64,000 bases of DNA from Chloroflexota bacterium (GTDB lineage Bacteria; Chloroflexota; Limnocylindria; P2-11E), in NCBI GenBank assembly GCA_005889075.1, contig VBDQ01000017.1, forward strand, positions 2,075 through 66,074. Reading direction: 5' to 3'. A program made the translations under genes and the position numbers. The notes beneath the pieces were generated by a model. It was given only the letters and a program-made list of their open reading frames with translations. It was not told the DNA's origin and did no database searches. Positions 35,213 through 44,535 of the stretch are shown in pieces (the stretch's first letter is position 1; each line of letters opens with the position of its first letter).

Positions 35213-37114
35213 CTAGTCGACGATGACCTCGACGCGCGCGGCGCCGCCCTGGCCGACGGGGTTGTACTGGATCACGTTCGGACCCGCGACGAGGCACGAG
35301 CTGACGTCCATCTCGATGGCTCCGGCGGCGAGCTGCGCGTCAGTGAAGCGAAGGTCGCATGCCTCGTTCACGTGGACCGAGAGCGCCTTCAGGTCGCCCG
35401 ATGCCACGATCCGCAGGCGGCCGGCGCCACTTGGGCTCGCGAACGTCTGCCGCAGCTGGCGAGGTCCGCCCCCGGGTACGAGCCTGACGTCGATGGGGTA
35501 CGCGGCGACCTCGATGCCGGTGTAGTACGCCTTGAGGATCTCGAGGAAGCTCTGCCCCGCTAGGCCGCGGCCATTCGCGCCGAACTGGCTCATTCCGACG
35601 TTGTGACCCCAGCCGCCGCCGGACGAGCGGATGCCAGTGAAGACCCCACCGCTGAACTGCTCTTCGATGACGCTCGGGTTGTTCAGGACGAAGCTCGCGG
35701 GGATCGTCGCGCCCGGTGTCATGCAGACCCACGGCTTGCTCGCGACACTTGTGCCGACGACCCGCCGGACATTGTCCCAGCCGCGCACCTCGACGACACC
35801 CGACGTTAGAGAGATCCGGACGACCGCAGCTCGCGCCGAGGCGCCGGTGCGCCGCACGATCTGGACACCGCTCACCGAGCCGCTGGTGTTTCCGCTGACG
35901 ACCACGCTGCGCCCCGGTACGAGGAGGCGCGAGCGGAGCGTCGTGGCATCGATGTCGATGCTCCAGCGGTCGAAACGGTTGTTCACGCGCGGACACGAGT
36001 CGAAGGTGGCCGGTCGCCGCTCTCCCCAGAACGCCGCGATCCCCGCGTCGGTCGAGAGATCCGGCGCCGCGCCTTCGCCGTCGTATACACCGCGGAGGTA
36101 CGGCGCGGCGTTGGTGCCCGGCAGTTGGCTCGGCGGCAAGTTGAAGATCCACTCGTTGTCCTCGGTGTGACCGCCCATCGAGGACGAATAGAGCGCGGAG
36201 ATGATGGTCCCGGCGTACGTCGCGACGAGTCCCTCCGTCGCGGCGACGGCGGCGTTGCCGTTGGGATGCTCGGAGCCTTTGCCGCGGTACACCTGCGAGG
36301 CCGTCGAGTCGTCCAACCCGTACGGCCGGCCGAAGCGCGTGCTGTCCTTGTTCGCCAGCGCGTAGCCGCGGGCGGCTACGGCTTGCGCCTCGAGGGCCGC
36401 GACGCTGAACGAGGCGATCGACTCGTTCACTACGACGCCGCGGACGTACGCCTCGAGCGGCACGATGTTCACCAGGTTGACCATCCCCGCCGCCGTCGAC
36501 GGTCCCCGCGTGATCTCGATCTCGCCCGCGTAGTCAGGGACGCCGTTCGCCCTCGTGGTGGGCGAGGTCCAGAGGCTGCGCCGAATGCTCAGCACCTTGA
36601 ACGTGTTCGTGGGATCGCTCGCTCGGAACCGTACGGGTCCCGATACGGCCGCGGCGATTCCGCCACCGACGCTCACCTGGTAAAGGCCGCCTGCGAACGC
36701 GACGCGGACCTCCTGACCCGCGGCAGGTGCGGCGATCTGTTTGCCGGTCGCGAGATCGATGACATGGAAGTCGCCGACGGTGCCTGTCACGCGCACGTCG
36801 GCATGGTCCTGCCCGGCCTGTTCCGTCGCGACGCCGCCGCTCACGTTGAAGGTCGTCGCGCGGAGCCCAACGCGCAGCACGGTGACCACATCGGTCGGAT
36901 TTCCCACGAGCTGCGGGCCGAGCTCAGGCCGGCTGCCGCTGGCGTGCGACGGGCAGGCTTCGACGAGGATTTGCTCGCAGGCGACGACCGTTTCGTCGTC
37001 GACGTTCGAAGGGTCGGCAGCGACGGGCAGGGATGAGGAGGCGAGAGCGAGGAGAAGTGAAACCGTGAAGGAGATCGTTCGCCTGGCCATCAAGACGACG
37101 GTCGCTCGCCGCAA
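35213..37114 (-). CDS. SpoIID/LytB domain protein (secreted)
   Basis: Signal peptide. ALEAQAVAARGYAL, STASQVYRG and LYSSSMGGHTEDNE are SpoIID/LytB motifs. Confidence 0.8.
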   Translation of the reverse strand: MRRATVVLMARRTISFTVSLLLALASSSLPVAADPSNVDDETVVACEQILVEACPSHASGSRPELGPQLVGNPTDVVTVLRVGLRATTFNVSGGVATEQAGQDHADVRVTGTVGDFHVIDLATGKQIAAPAAGQEVRVAFAGGLYQVSVGGGIAAAVSGPVRFRASDPTNTFKVLSIRRSLWTSPTTRANGVPDYAGEIEITRGPSTAAGMVNLVNIVPLEAYVRGVVVNESIASFSVAALEAQAVAARGYALANKDSTRFGRPYGLDDSTASQVYRGKGSEHPNGNAAVAATEGLVATYAGTIISALYSSSMGGHTEDNEWIFNLPPSQLPGTNAAPYLRGVYDGEGAAPDLSTDAGIAAFWGERRPATFDSCPRVNNRFDRWSIDIDATTLRSRLLVPGRSVVVSGNTSGSVSGVQIVRRTGASARAAVVRISLTSGVVEVRGWDNVRRVVGTSVASKPWVCMTPGATIPASFVLNNPSVIEEQFSGGVFTGIRSSGGGWGHNVGMSQFGANGRGLAGQSFLEILKAYYTGIEVAAYPIDVRLVPGGGPRQLRQTFASPSGAGRLRIVASGDLKALSVHVNEACDLRFTDAQLAAGAIEMDVSSCLVAGPNVIQYNPVGQGGAARVEVIVD

Positions 37115-37144
37115 GCGGCGTGCCGTCGTTCTTCGAACGACGGT

Positions 37145-38071
37145 CTAGTAGCTCGCGAGCACCGCTTCCCACATGGCGTCGGAGGCCAGCTCTCCGAGTG
37201 TGACCTCGTCGAGATCCGCGTTCGCGACCTCCTGCGTTGACACCATGTAGCTCACGTCGCCGTCCCATCGCGCGTGAAAGGGCTGTATGGCGCGCGCCAT
37301 CGAGGCATGGACTTGCCGGCCGATGGATCGCAGCTGCAGATGGTCGAGCTGTTGATTGGTGACCACGAGCGACAGCGTCGTGTTCGCCGCGATGTCGGAC
37401 GCCGCCTGCCCGGCTGCGCGCGGGACGCGACCGAGGACCGGCGGCGCGGGTCTGCCACGGACGATCTTCCCTGACCGATCGACGATGCAGCCGTACGCAT
37501 TCACGACGACGAAGGCGAGGATCTTCGTCGGTCCCTTCTCGCGGAGCGCGCCGCCCTGGCCCGCGAGCTCCGCTCCCTCCCCGTGGCTCGCGGTCGCCGA
37601 TCGCCCGGCGCCGCGCGGTCCGAGCGGGAACCACCCCGGGCGCATCGCGCGGACGGCGGCGCGACCGAGCTCCTTGTCAGGGTAGATCGCGTTCTTCCGA
37701 ACGCCGTAGTCGAAGAGGATCGCGCCCGATACGAGGGCGATGTCGATCCACTTCGTCGAGTACCCGCGAACCTTGAACATCTCGGCCGCGACGCCGGTCG
37801 AGGCTTCCAGGCCGTATAGCGATCCGCCGGCGAAGCAGATCGCGTTGATGACCTCGAGATGCTGTCCGTTGATCCCCGGCGACCCGCCGCGCACATCGAT
37901 CGCGAGGGACGCGGTCTTCGGGAAATGGAACACCGTGCAGCCGGTGGGACCTTCCTCGTACTCGGCGATACCGATCTCGAGCCCGGGGAAGTCGAATTCG
38001 AGTGCCCGCGCGCTCGGAAAATCGGTGCGCGGAACGAGCCGCAGCAGATCGTTGGTCGCCGGCCCGCTCAC
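37145..38071 (-). CDS. P1 (S58, DmpA/BapA-like) family aminopeptidase
   Basis: GPTGCTVFHFP...AIDVRGGSPG...NTTLSLVVTNQQL...HARWDGDV are family S58 blocks. Confidence 0.8.
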   Translation of the reverse strand: MSGPATNDLLRLVPRTDFPSARALEFDFPGLEIGIAEYEEGPTGCTVFHFPKTASLAIDVRGGSPGINGQHLEVINAICFAGGSLYGLEASTGVAAEMFKVRGYSTKWIDIALVSGAILFDYGVRKNAIYPDKELGRAAVRAMRPGWFPLGPRGAGRSATASHGEGAELAGQGGALREKGPTKILAFVVVNAYGCIVDRSGKIVRGRPAPPVLGRVPRAAGQAASDIAANTTLSLVVTNQQLDHLQLRSIGRQVHASMARAIQPFHARWDGDVSYMVSTQEVANADLDEVTLGELASDAMWEAVLASY

Positions 38072-38499
38072 CCGAGCGCGCGCTCGATCTCGTCCAGATG
38101 TGCCCGACGATGCTCGGACCGATCGATCAAGAAGGGACGCTCGAGCGACTGCAGGAAGCGCAGCTTGTCCACGGGGAGCGACGCGACGACCCGATCGACC
38201 GCCGCCGCAGCTTCACTCGCCTGTCGCGCGGCCACCTGCGGCGGGGTGTCGAGCCACTGGCGCATCCCGCCCCCGTTCGTGTACTCGGTGATCGCGTCGT
38301 CGGCGCTCGCAGGCGTCTCGTCGTCGCGCAGGTACTTCTCAAGACGCGCCAGCGCGAGGCGGTCCCAGAACGCGATGTGCGCGAGGAGCGCCGAAGCGGT
38401 CCAGCCACCGTGGATCCGGACCTCGCGGTCGCCCAGGCGCACCGCCACCTTCGCGAGTCGCTCGCGCCCGAGGCGATTGCGCTCGTTGTGGTCGATCAC
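38068..38499 (-). CDS. DinB-like helical-bundle protein (weak call)
   Basis: 143 aa. GTGA-type overlaps with both neighbours. WTASALLAHIAFWD and HRRAHLDEI resemble DinB/ClbS-type His-containing bundles, with low certainty. Confidence 0.45.
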   Translation of the reverse strand: MIDHNERNRLGRERLAKVAVRLGDREVRIHGGWTASALLAHIAFWDRLALARLEKYLRDDETPASADDAITEYTNGGGMRQWLDTPPQVAARQASEAAAAVDRVVASLPVDKLRFLQSLERPFLIDRSEHRRAHLDEIERALG

Positions 38500-39611
38500 G
38501 AGCGAAGCGACTCGCGGAACGATCGGTCTGTCGCGACCTTGAGCGCCGTCGCCGCGAGCGCCTGGATCACGACGAACGCGCTCTCGTGCGCGTAATCGCT
38601 CACCGAAGCCTCGCGCATCTTGTGCGAGTGCCCGGGGATCCTTTCATCGCTGACCGGGAAACCGATGTAGTCGGTCGGGATCTTTTGCGAGACGTTGCCG
38701 ATGTCGCCGGAGGCCGTCACGAGGTCGCCGATCTTCGGTCGCTTGCCAAGCCGCTCGAGCTCTTTCGCAAGCGCCGCCCCGAGCATCGGATTCGCCTTCA
38801 CCGGAAGATACGGGCGCATCTCGTCTTCGATCGCGACCTTTGTTCCGGTCTGAAGCGCCGCCCCTTTCGCCATATCTGTGAACATGTCGACCATGCCGCC
38901 AAGCGCGTCCATGTCGGCGGCGCGTATGCCGAAGTCCCCCACGGCGCGCGACGGGATGATGTTGGACGCCACCCCGCCCTCCCGAACGATCCCGTGAACG
39001 CGTGCGGTCGAAGGCAGATGCTGGCGCCAGCCGTCGACGGAGACGAACAGCGCGATGAGCGCGGTCAGCGCATTGCGTCCTTTCTCCGGTGACACGGCCG
39101 CGTGCGCGGCGAGTCCTTCGTAGATCACGCGCTTCACCGTGATCCCAAGAAGCCGCTCGCTGACGCTCCAGTTGCCCCCGGATCCGGGGTGCGAGAAGAG
39201 CGCGGCGACGGTCTCGCGGAATACGCCCTTGTCGAGCAGGTCGATCTTTCCGCCGCCCTTCTCCTCGGCGGGCGTGCCGATGAGCTCGATGCCGACTTCC
39301 AGATCCTGAGCGTCAGCCGCCGCCGCGAGGAAGGCGCCGACGATGGTCATCGAGATCAGGTTGTGGCCGCAGCCGTGCCCGACGTCGGGCAGCGCGTCGT
39401 ACTCGGCCAGCAGCGCGACCGTCGGACCGGGCGGGCCCACGCGCGCGCGGAACGCGGTCGGCAGGCCCGCGAGACCCTTCTCGACGCGGTGCCCGTGCTT
39501 CTCGAGGAGCGCGGCGATGCGCGCGACGGCGCGATGCTCCTCGTACGCGAGCTCTGGATCGGCGTTGATCTCGCGCGACAGGCGCACGAGATCCTCGCGG
39601 AAGCGGTCCAT
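38496..39611 (-). CDS. M20 family amidohydrolase (AbgB/PM20D2-like), copy 2
   Basis: Track ORF 38496..40823 trimmed to ATG 39611. HPELAYEEH, GHGCGHNL, GTPAEEKGGGK and SPEKGRNAL. Confidence 0.85.
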   Translation of the reverse strand: MDRFREDLVRLSREINADPELAYEEHRAVARIAALLEKHGHRVEKGLAGLPTAFRARVGPPGPTVALLAEYDALPDVGHGCGHNLISMTIVGAFLAAAADAQDLEVGIELIGTPAEEKGGGKIDLLDKGVFRETVAALFSHPGSGGNWSVSERLLGITVKRVIYEGLAAHAAVSPEKGRNALTALIALFVSVDGWRQHLPSTARVHGIVREGGVASNIIPSRAVGDFGIRAADMDALGGMVDMFTDMAKGAALQTGTKVAIEDEMRPYLPVKANPMLGAALAKELERLGKRPKIGDLVTASGDIGNVSQKIPTDYIGFPVSDERIPGHSHKMREASVSDYAHESAFVVIQALAATALKVATDRSFRESLRS

Positions 39612-39616
39612 CGCGC

Positions 39617-40744
39617 TCACGCGCTGATGCGCTCGCGCAGGGCGCGATCGGTCGCGACGCGGACCGCAGCCGCACCGAGCGCTTCCGCGGTGATCAGCGC
39701 GTTCTTGTGACCGAGGTCGGCGATCGAGGCCTCGCGCATCGCATCGGAGTGCCCGGCGATCGGTGTGTGGGTGACGGGGAAACGCACCGCGTCGGTTGGA
39801 ACCCTCTGCGACACGTTCCCGAGATCGGTGGACGCGGTCGTGAGCTGGCCGCGCGGCGCATCGATCCCGAGACGCGCGAGCTCGGCCGCGAGCACATCGC
39901 TGAGCTCCGCGTTCGCCGTCACCGGCTCGTAATACCGCAGGTACTCGGTGATCTCGACCTTCGTACCGGTCAGCAAGGCCGCCCCTTCGGCGATCTCCAC
40001 GAAACGGTCCACCATCGCGTCGAGGGTGGGCTTCTCGCGCGCGCGCAGTCCGATGATCGCTTCGGCGCGCGCGGGGATGACGTTCGCGGCCTTCCCGCCG
40101 TCGCTGATGATCCCGTGGACGCGCGAATCGCCGTCGAGCTGCTGCCGCCATCCGTCGATGCCGGTGAAAAGACGGATGACGGCGTTGAGGGCGTTGCGCC
40201 CCTTCTCCGGCGACGACGCCGCGTGCGAGGCCACACCGCGGTAGGTGACGAGCTTCTCGACGACACCGAGGCACGTGCCTCCGACACCCCACGATCCTTG
40301 CGCGGCGGGATGCGACGAAAGCACGGCGACGGTCTTCTTGAACACGCCCGCGTCGAGGAGATCGATCTTCCCGCCGCCGTTCTCTTCCGCCGGCGTTCCG
40401 ATGAGCTCGATGCCGACCTCGAGCCGCGATGCCACCGCGGCGGCCACGAGGAACGCTCCGACGTTGCTGATCGCTATCAGATTGTGGCCGCAGCCGTGGC
40501 CCACCTCGGGAAGCGCGTCGTACTCGGCGAGAAGCGCGACCGACGGACCCGGGGGGCCAATATGCGTGCGGAAGGCGGTCTCGAGCTTGCCGATGCCTCG
40601 CTCGACCCTGTGTCCTTCGCGCTCGATCAGACCGCCGATCGCGGCGAGAGCGTGGCGTTCCTGGTACGCGAGCTCGGGATGCGAATGGATCTCGTGCGAG
40701 AGAACGCGAAGCGCGCTGGTCTGGGAGGTGGTGAGGACGCCCAC
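39617..40744 (-). CDS. M20 family amidohydrolase (AbgB/PM20D2-like), copy 1
   Basis: HPELAYQERH, GHGCGHNL, GTPAEENGGGK and SPEKGRNAL. Collinear with the downstream copy. Confidence 0.85.
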   Translation of the reverse strand: MGVLTTSQTSALRVLSHEIHSHPELAYQERHALAAIGGLIEREGHRVERGIGKLETAFRTHIGPPGPSVALLAEYDALPEVGHGCGHNLIAISNVGAFLVAAAVASRLEVGIELIGTPAEENGGGKIDLLDAGVFKKTVAVLSSHPAAQGSWGVGGTCLGVVEKLVTYRGVASHAASSPEKGRNALNAVIRLFTGIDGWRQQLDGDSRVHGIISDGGKAANVIPARAEAIIGLRAREKPTLDAMVDRFVEIAEGAALLTGTKVEITEYLRYYEPVTANAELSDVLAAELARLGIDAPRGQLTTASTDLGNVSQRVPTDAVRFPVTHTPIAGHSDAMREASIADLGHKNALITAEALGAAAVRVATDRALRERISA

Positions 40745-40875
40745 GGCGCTGTATACTGTTCCACGAACACCTTCCCCTTTCTTGAGCCGGGTGCGAGCGC
40801 ACCTTGCGCCCCCCGGATCCCACGAGCGCCTCTAGACGCCAGGTCTTTAGGCAAAGCTAAGGAGCGACACACCAC

Positions 40876-42306
40876 TTGGATAACCCAGAAGCGACCCCGC
40901 AGCAGACTCCCGAACCTAAGACTGTGTCCGGCACCCCGACGGCGTCCGGCGCCGCCACCGCGACGAACGGACCCAACGGCAACGGCGGGACCGCGACAGC
41001 AACAGCGCAGCGCCGCGAACCGCCGCCCCCGCAGGCTTCACGGAAGTACTACACGATCACCGAGCTCAATCAGGCGAAGCAAAAAGAGCTCGCCGATATC
41101 GCGAAGGAATTCAACGTCGAGGGCGCCGCGGGCCTCCCGAAGCAAGACCTCATCACCCGCGTCCTCCAGGCGCAGACCGAAGCGCAGGGCAACATCTTCG
41201 CCCAGGGCATTCTCGAGATCGTCGAGGACGGCTTCGGATTCCTCCGCCGCCGCTCACTTCTCCCCTCACCCGAGGACGTGTACGTTGGATCGAGCCAGGT
41301 CCGGCGGCTCGGCCTGCGCACCGGCGACTTCGTCACCGGCCAAACCCGCCCACCGAAGGACAGCGAGAAGTACTTCAGTTTGCTGCGCGTCGAAGCGGTC
41401 AATGGCATCGACCCTGAGCAGGCGAAGCGACGTCCGGTCTTCGAGAACCTCGTCCCGGTCTTCCCCGACGAGATGTTCGACCTCGAGATCCCCAACGCGA
41501 ACCTCACGCAGCGCCTCATCAACCTCGTGAACCCGCTCGGCTTAGGTCAGCGCGCGCTCATCGTCTCGCCGCCGAAAGCCGGCAAGACCACCATCCTCAA
41601 GGACGTCGCCAACGGGATCCTCGGCAACCACCCCGACGTCCACGTCATGGTCGTGCTGGTGGGCGAGCGCCCAGAAGAGGTCACCGACTTCCGGCGCTCG
41701 GTGAACGCCGAGGTCTTCGCGTCGACGTTCGACGAGCCCACCGAAAACCACACCCGTGTGGCCGAGCTCGCGCTCGAGCGCGCAAAGCGGCTGGTCGAGA
41801 GCGGACGCGACGTCGTGATCCTGCTCGACTCGATCACCCGCATGACACGTGCTTACAACCTCGCGGTCCCCCCGTCGGGGCGGACGCTCTCCGGTGGCAT
41901 GGACCCGGTCGCGCTCTACCCGCCGAAGCGCTTCTTCGGAGCCGCGCGCAACATCGAAGGCGGCGGCTCGCTCACCATCATCGCCACGTGCCTCGTCGAC
42001 ACCGGCTCCCGTATGGACGACGTCATCTACGAGGAGTTCAAGGGCACCGGCAACTCCGAGATGATCCTCGACCGAAAGCTCCAGGAGCGCCGGACCTTCC
42101 CCGCGATCAACATCCCCTCATCGAGCACGCGCCGCGAGGAGATGCTCCTCGCACCGGACGTCATGCGCCAGGTCGTCCTCCTGCGCAAGATGCTGTCCGC
42201 GGTCGGCCAGATCGAGGGGACCGAGCTGCTCATCCAGCGCCTCGCCAAGACGAAGACGAACAAGGAGTTCCTCACCGCCATCGCGAAGTCGATGGAGGAG
42301 AAATAA
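40876..42306 (+). CDS. rho: transcription termination factor Rho with a ~57-aa low-complexity N-terminal extension
   Basis: TTG 40876 follows AAGGAG. GILEIVEDGFGFLR, PPKAGKTTIL (Walker A) and RTFPAINIPSSSTRREE are canonical Rho. Confidence 0.93.
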   Translation: MDNPEATPQQTPEPKTVSGTPTASGAATATNGPNGNGGTATATAQRREPPPPQASRKYYTITELNQAKQKELADIAKEFNVEGAAGLPKQDLITRVLQAQTEAQGNIFAQGILEIVEDGFGFLRRRSLLPSPEDVYVGSSQVRRLGLRTGDFVTGQTRPPKDSEKYFSLLRVEAVNGIDPEQAKRRPVFENLVPVFPDEMFDLEIPNANLTQRLINLVNPLGLGQRALIVSPPKAGKTTILKDVANGILGNHPDVHVMVVLVGERPEEVTDFRRSVNAEVFASTFDEPTENHTRVAELALERAKRLVESGRDVVILLDSITRMTRAYNLAVPPSGRTLSGGMDPVALYPPKRFFGAARNIEGGGSLTIIATCLVDTGSRMDDVIYEEFKGTGNSEMILDRKLQERRTFPAINIPSSSTRREEMLLAPDVMRQVVLLRKMLSAVGQIEGTELLIQRLAKTKTNKEFLTAIAKSMEEK

Positions 42307-42498
42307 CCTTCGAAGCGCGTTAGGGACGACTCGACCCACGTCCGAAACGGCGCGTTCCTGCTCTGGGTGTTCGCGTTCTTCGTTTGCCTCGCGTTCCTCG
42401 GCTTCATCGCCTTTGGCTATCTGGGTCACGCGCTCGACGGCCTGCCCAAGCTCTAGCGGACCCACCGGCGCGGCACGCTCCGTGCGGCGCGATCGGCC

Positions 42499-43188
42499 AT
42501 GGACGGCATGCGCCTCGACATGCACATGCACACCGAGTATTCGCGCGACAGCCGGGTGCTTCTCGCCGATTTCGCGGCACTCGCACGCGAGGCGGGCCTC
42601 GCCGCCGTCTGCGTGACCGACCACGACACGATCGAGGGCGCGCTTCGGCTGCGCGAGATGGATACCGGTCTCATGGTCGTCGTCGGCGAAGAGATCACCA
42701 CCACCGAGGGCGAGGTCATCGGGCTCTTCCTCGAGCGACCGATCCAACGAGGTCTGTCGGCGGACCGGACGATCGCGCTCATCCACGAGCAGGGTGGGCT
42801 CGCGGACGTGCCCCATCCATTCAGTCGCAATCGCGGCCGGCATTTGCGTCGGCGAGCGCTCGAACGCGTCGCGCCGACCCTCGACATCGTCGAGATCTTC
42901 AACGCGCGCGAGATCGCATCCTCGAGCAACGTCCGAGCGCTCGAGTTCGCGCGGCGGCACGATCTCCCCGGCGGCGTCGGGAGCGACTCCCACCGGCCGA
43001 TCGAGATCGGCCGTGCCTACATCGAGGTCGCCTCGTTCACCGGACCTCAGGGGCTGCTGCGCGCGCTCCGCGAAGGGAAGGTCACCGGGACGCTGAGCGG
43101 GTTCGGAATCCACGTGCGCACGTGGCTGGACATCGCGAGGAAGATCACGCGAACACGCGTAGCGCGCCTGCGCGGCAATGCACGGTGA
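42499..43188 (+). CDS. PHP-domain metal-dependent phosphoesterase
   Basis: DMHMHTEYSRDS, VTDHDT and GSDSH are PHP motifs. Confidence 0.8.
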   Translation: MDGMRLDMHMHTEYSRDSRVLLADFAALAREAGLAAVCVTDHDTIEGALRLREMDTGLMVVVGEEITTTEGEVIGLFLERPIQRGLSADRTIALIHEQGGLADVPHPFSRNRGRHLRRRALERVAPTLDIVEIFNAREIASSSNVRALEFARRHDLPGGVGSDSHRPIEIGRAYIEVASFTGPQGLLRALREGKVTGTLSGFGIHVRTWLDIARKITRTRVARLRGNAR

Positions 43189-44017
43189 TCGGCAGGCTGC
43201 CGGCGATCTGACCGTCCGCGTGGACCGGTAGCCGCGACCCCGATCGGATCTCGATGACCTTGCCGCGCCTGATGTGCGGCGCCGTGCCTGGCCGACCCCG
43301 CAACCAGATCTCGGCGAGCGAGCGAACTAGATCGCGCCGGCCCATCCGCGGAAACACCGCCACCTCGAGCAACCCGTCGGTCATGTCAGCGTCCGGCACC
43401 AGAGGAAAGGCCCACCCGTAATACGGACTGTTCACGACGAGGATCTGGAGCGCCTCGTGACGCGTCGCCTCGCCATCGACGACGATCTCGACGGCACGGG
43501 GGCGCGCGGTCGCCCAGCGGGCCATGCGTTTAAGCGCCCAGCTCCAGCGGCGCCGCTCGAGGTGACGCATCGCGCCGAAGGCGTCGGCGTCGAGCCCGAT
43601 GCCGCAGGTCTCGAAGAAGATCTTTTCTGCGACCTCGCCCGCGTCACAGCGTTTGGTGTTCCCGGCAACGATCACGCGAGCGGCGTCGATCGGAGCCAGC
43701 GGGATTCCGAGCCCATTAGCGATGTTCATCCACGAGCCGAATGGAAGGATGCCGAGCACGAGGTCCGTGTCCAGGAGCTCGATCGCGGCAGGGGCGACGG
43801 TGCCGTCGCCCCCGGCCACGATCACCGAATCGAAGCGGTCGCGTTTCGCCGACGCCGCGAGCTGCGCCGACGTGGATCCGGCCACACCGGTCTCGCAGCG
43901 CTCGAGCGAGAATCCCGCAGCGGTCAGCAGATTCACGCACTCCGCGAGATCGCCCTCGTGGGCGGTGCGCTTGCCAGCGGCAGGATTCACGATGAGGAGC
44001 GCGCGTCGACCCGCCAT
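43145..44017 (-). CDS. diacylglycerol/lipid kinase family protein (YegS/BmrU-like)
   Basis: LLIVNPAAGK...VIVAGGDGTV...LGILPFGS is the DAGK catalytic domain signature. Confidence 0.85.
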   Translation of the reverse strand: MAGRRALLIVNPAAGKRTAHEGDLAECVNLLTAAGFSLERCETGVAGSTSAQLAASAKRDRFDSVIVAGGDGTVAPAAIELLDTDLVLGILPFGSWMNIANGLGIPLAPIDAARVIVAGNTKRCDAGEVAEKIFFETCGIGLDADAFGAMRHLERRRWSWALKRMARWATARPRAVEIVVDGEATRHEALQILVVNSPYYGWAFPLVPDADMTDGLLEVAVFPRMGRRDLVRSLAEIWLRGRPGTAPHIRRGKVIEIRSGSRLPVHADGQIAGSLPITVHCRAGALRVFA

Positions 44018-44094
44018 CGGCCTCGCCGGGGCATGCCGCGGGCCAATCCCCTGGTGAAGGTGAAAGACCCAGCGTTGCGTGGCGCGGCATAGCC

Positions 44095-44466
44095 TTGTGG
44101 CGAATGCAGCGCAACGTGGTGCTGATCGAGGATGACGAAGGGATCCGAGAAGTGATCGAGCTCGCGCTCACCGCGGCCGGATACCGCGTGCACCTGGCCA
44201 GCAACGGCGCCCAGGCCCTCGACATCGTGGCCGGGACCAGCCCACAGCTCATCCTGCTCGACCTCAAGATGCCGATCCTCGACGGCCGCGAGTTCGCGCG
44301 CCGGTACGAAAGCTCCACGCAAGCCCGAGCGCCGCTCGTCCTCCTCACCGCGGCGCAGGATCCGGCGGCGGAGGCAGCGTCGATCGGAGCCGACGCCTAT
44401 CTCGCGAAGCCATTCGACCTGGATGCGCTCCTCGCGATGATCGAGCGGATGACGACGCAGGTCTGA
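44095..44466 (+). CDS. single-domain response regulator (CheY-like receiver)
   Basis: VVLIEDDEGIRE...LILLDLKMPILDG...AKPFDL. No output domain. Confidence 0.85.
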   Translation: MWRMQRNVVLIEDDEGIREVIELALTAAGYRVHLASNGAQALDIVAGTSPQLILLDLKMPILDGREFARRYESSTQARAPLVLLTAAQDPAAEAASIGADAYLAKPFDLDALLAMIERMTTQV

Positions 44467-44535
44467 TCCGGGCAAAGGCCGAGCAGCGCAAGCGCACGCC
44501 GTTAGAGATAAGCGAGTTCTTCAGAGCGAGGATCG

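Noticed and set aside
40790-40803. GGTGCGAGCGCACC near-palindrome in the rho leader as an operator
   Set aside because: It has only 6-bp arms with a 2-nt centre. Such short GC palindromes are expected by chance at this base composition, and there is no second copy nearby.
42304-42456. Programmed read-through of the rho TAA that adds a C-terminal TM helix to Rho
   Set aside because: A membrane-anchored Rho has no precedent that I know of, and there is no read-through context. An independent small ORF or reinitiation is more plausible. It is kept only as a low-probability alternative in the finding.
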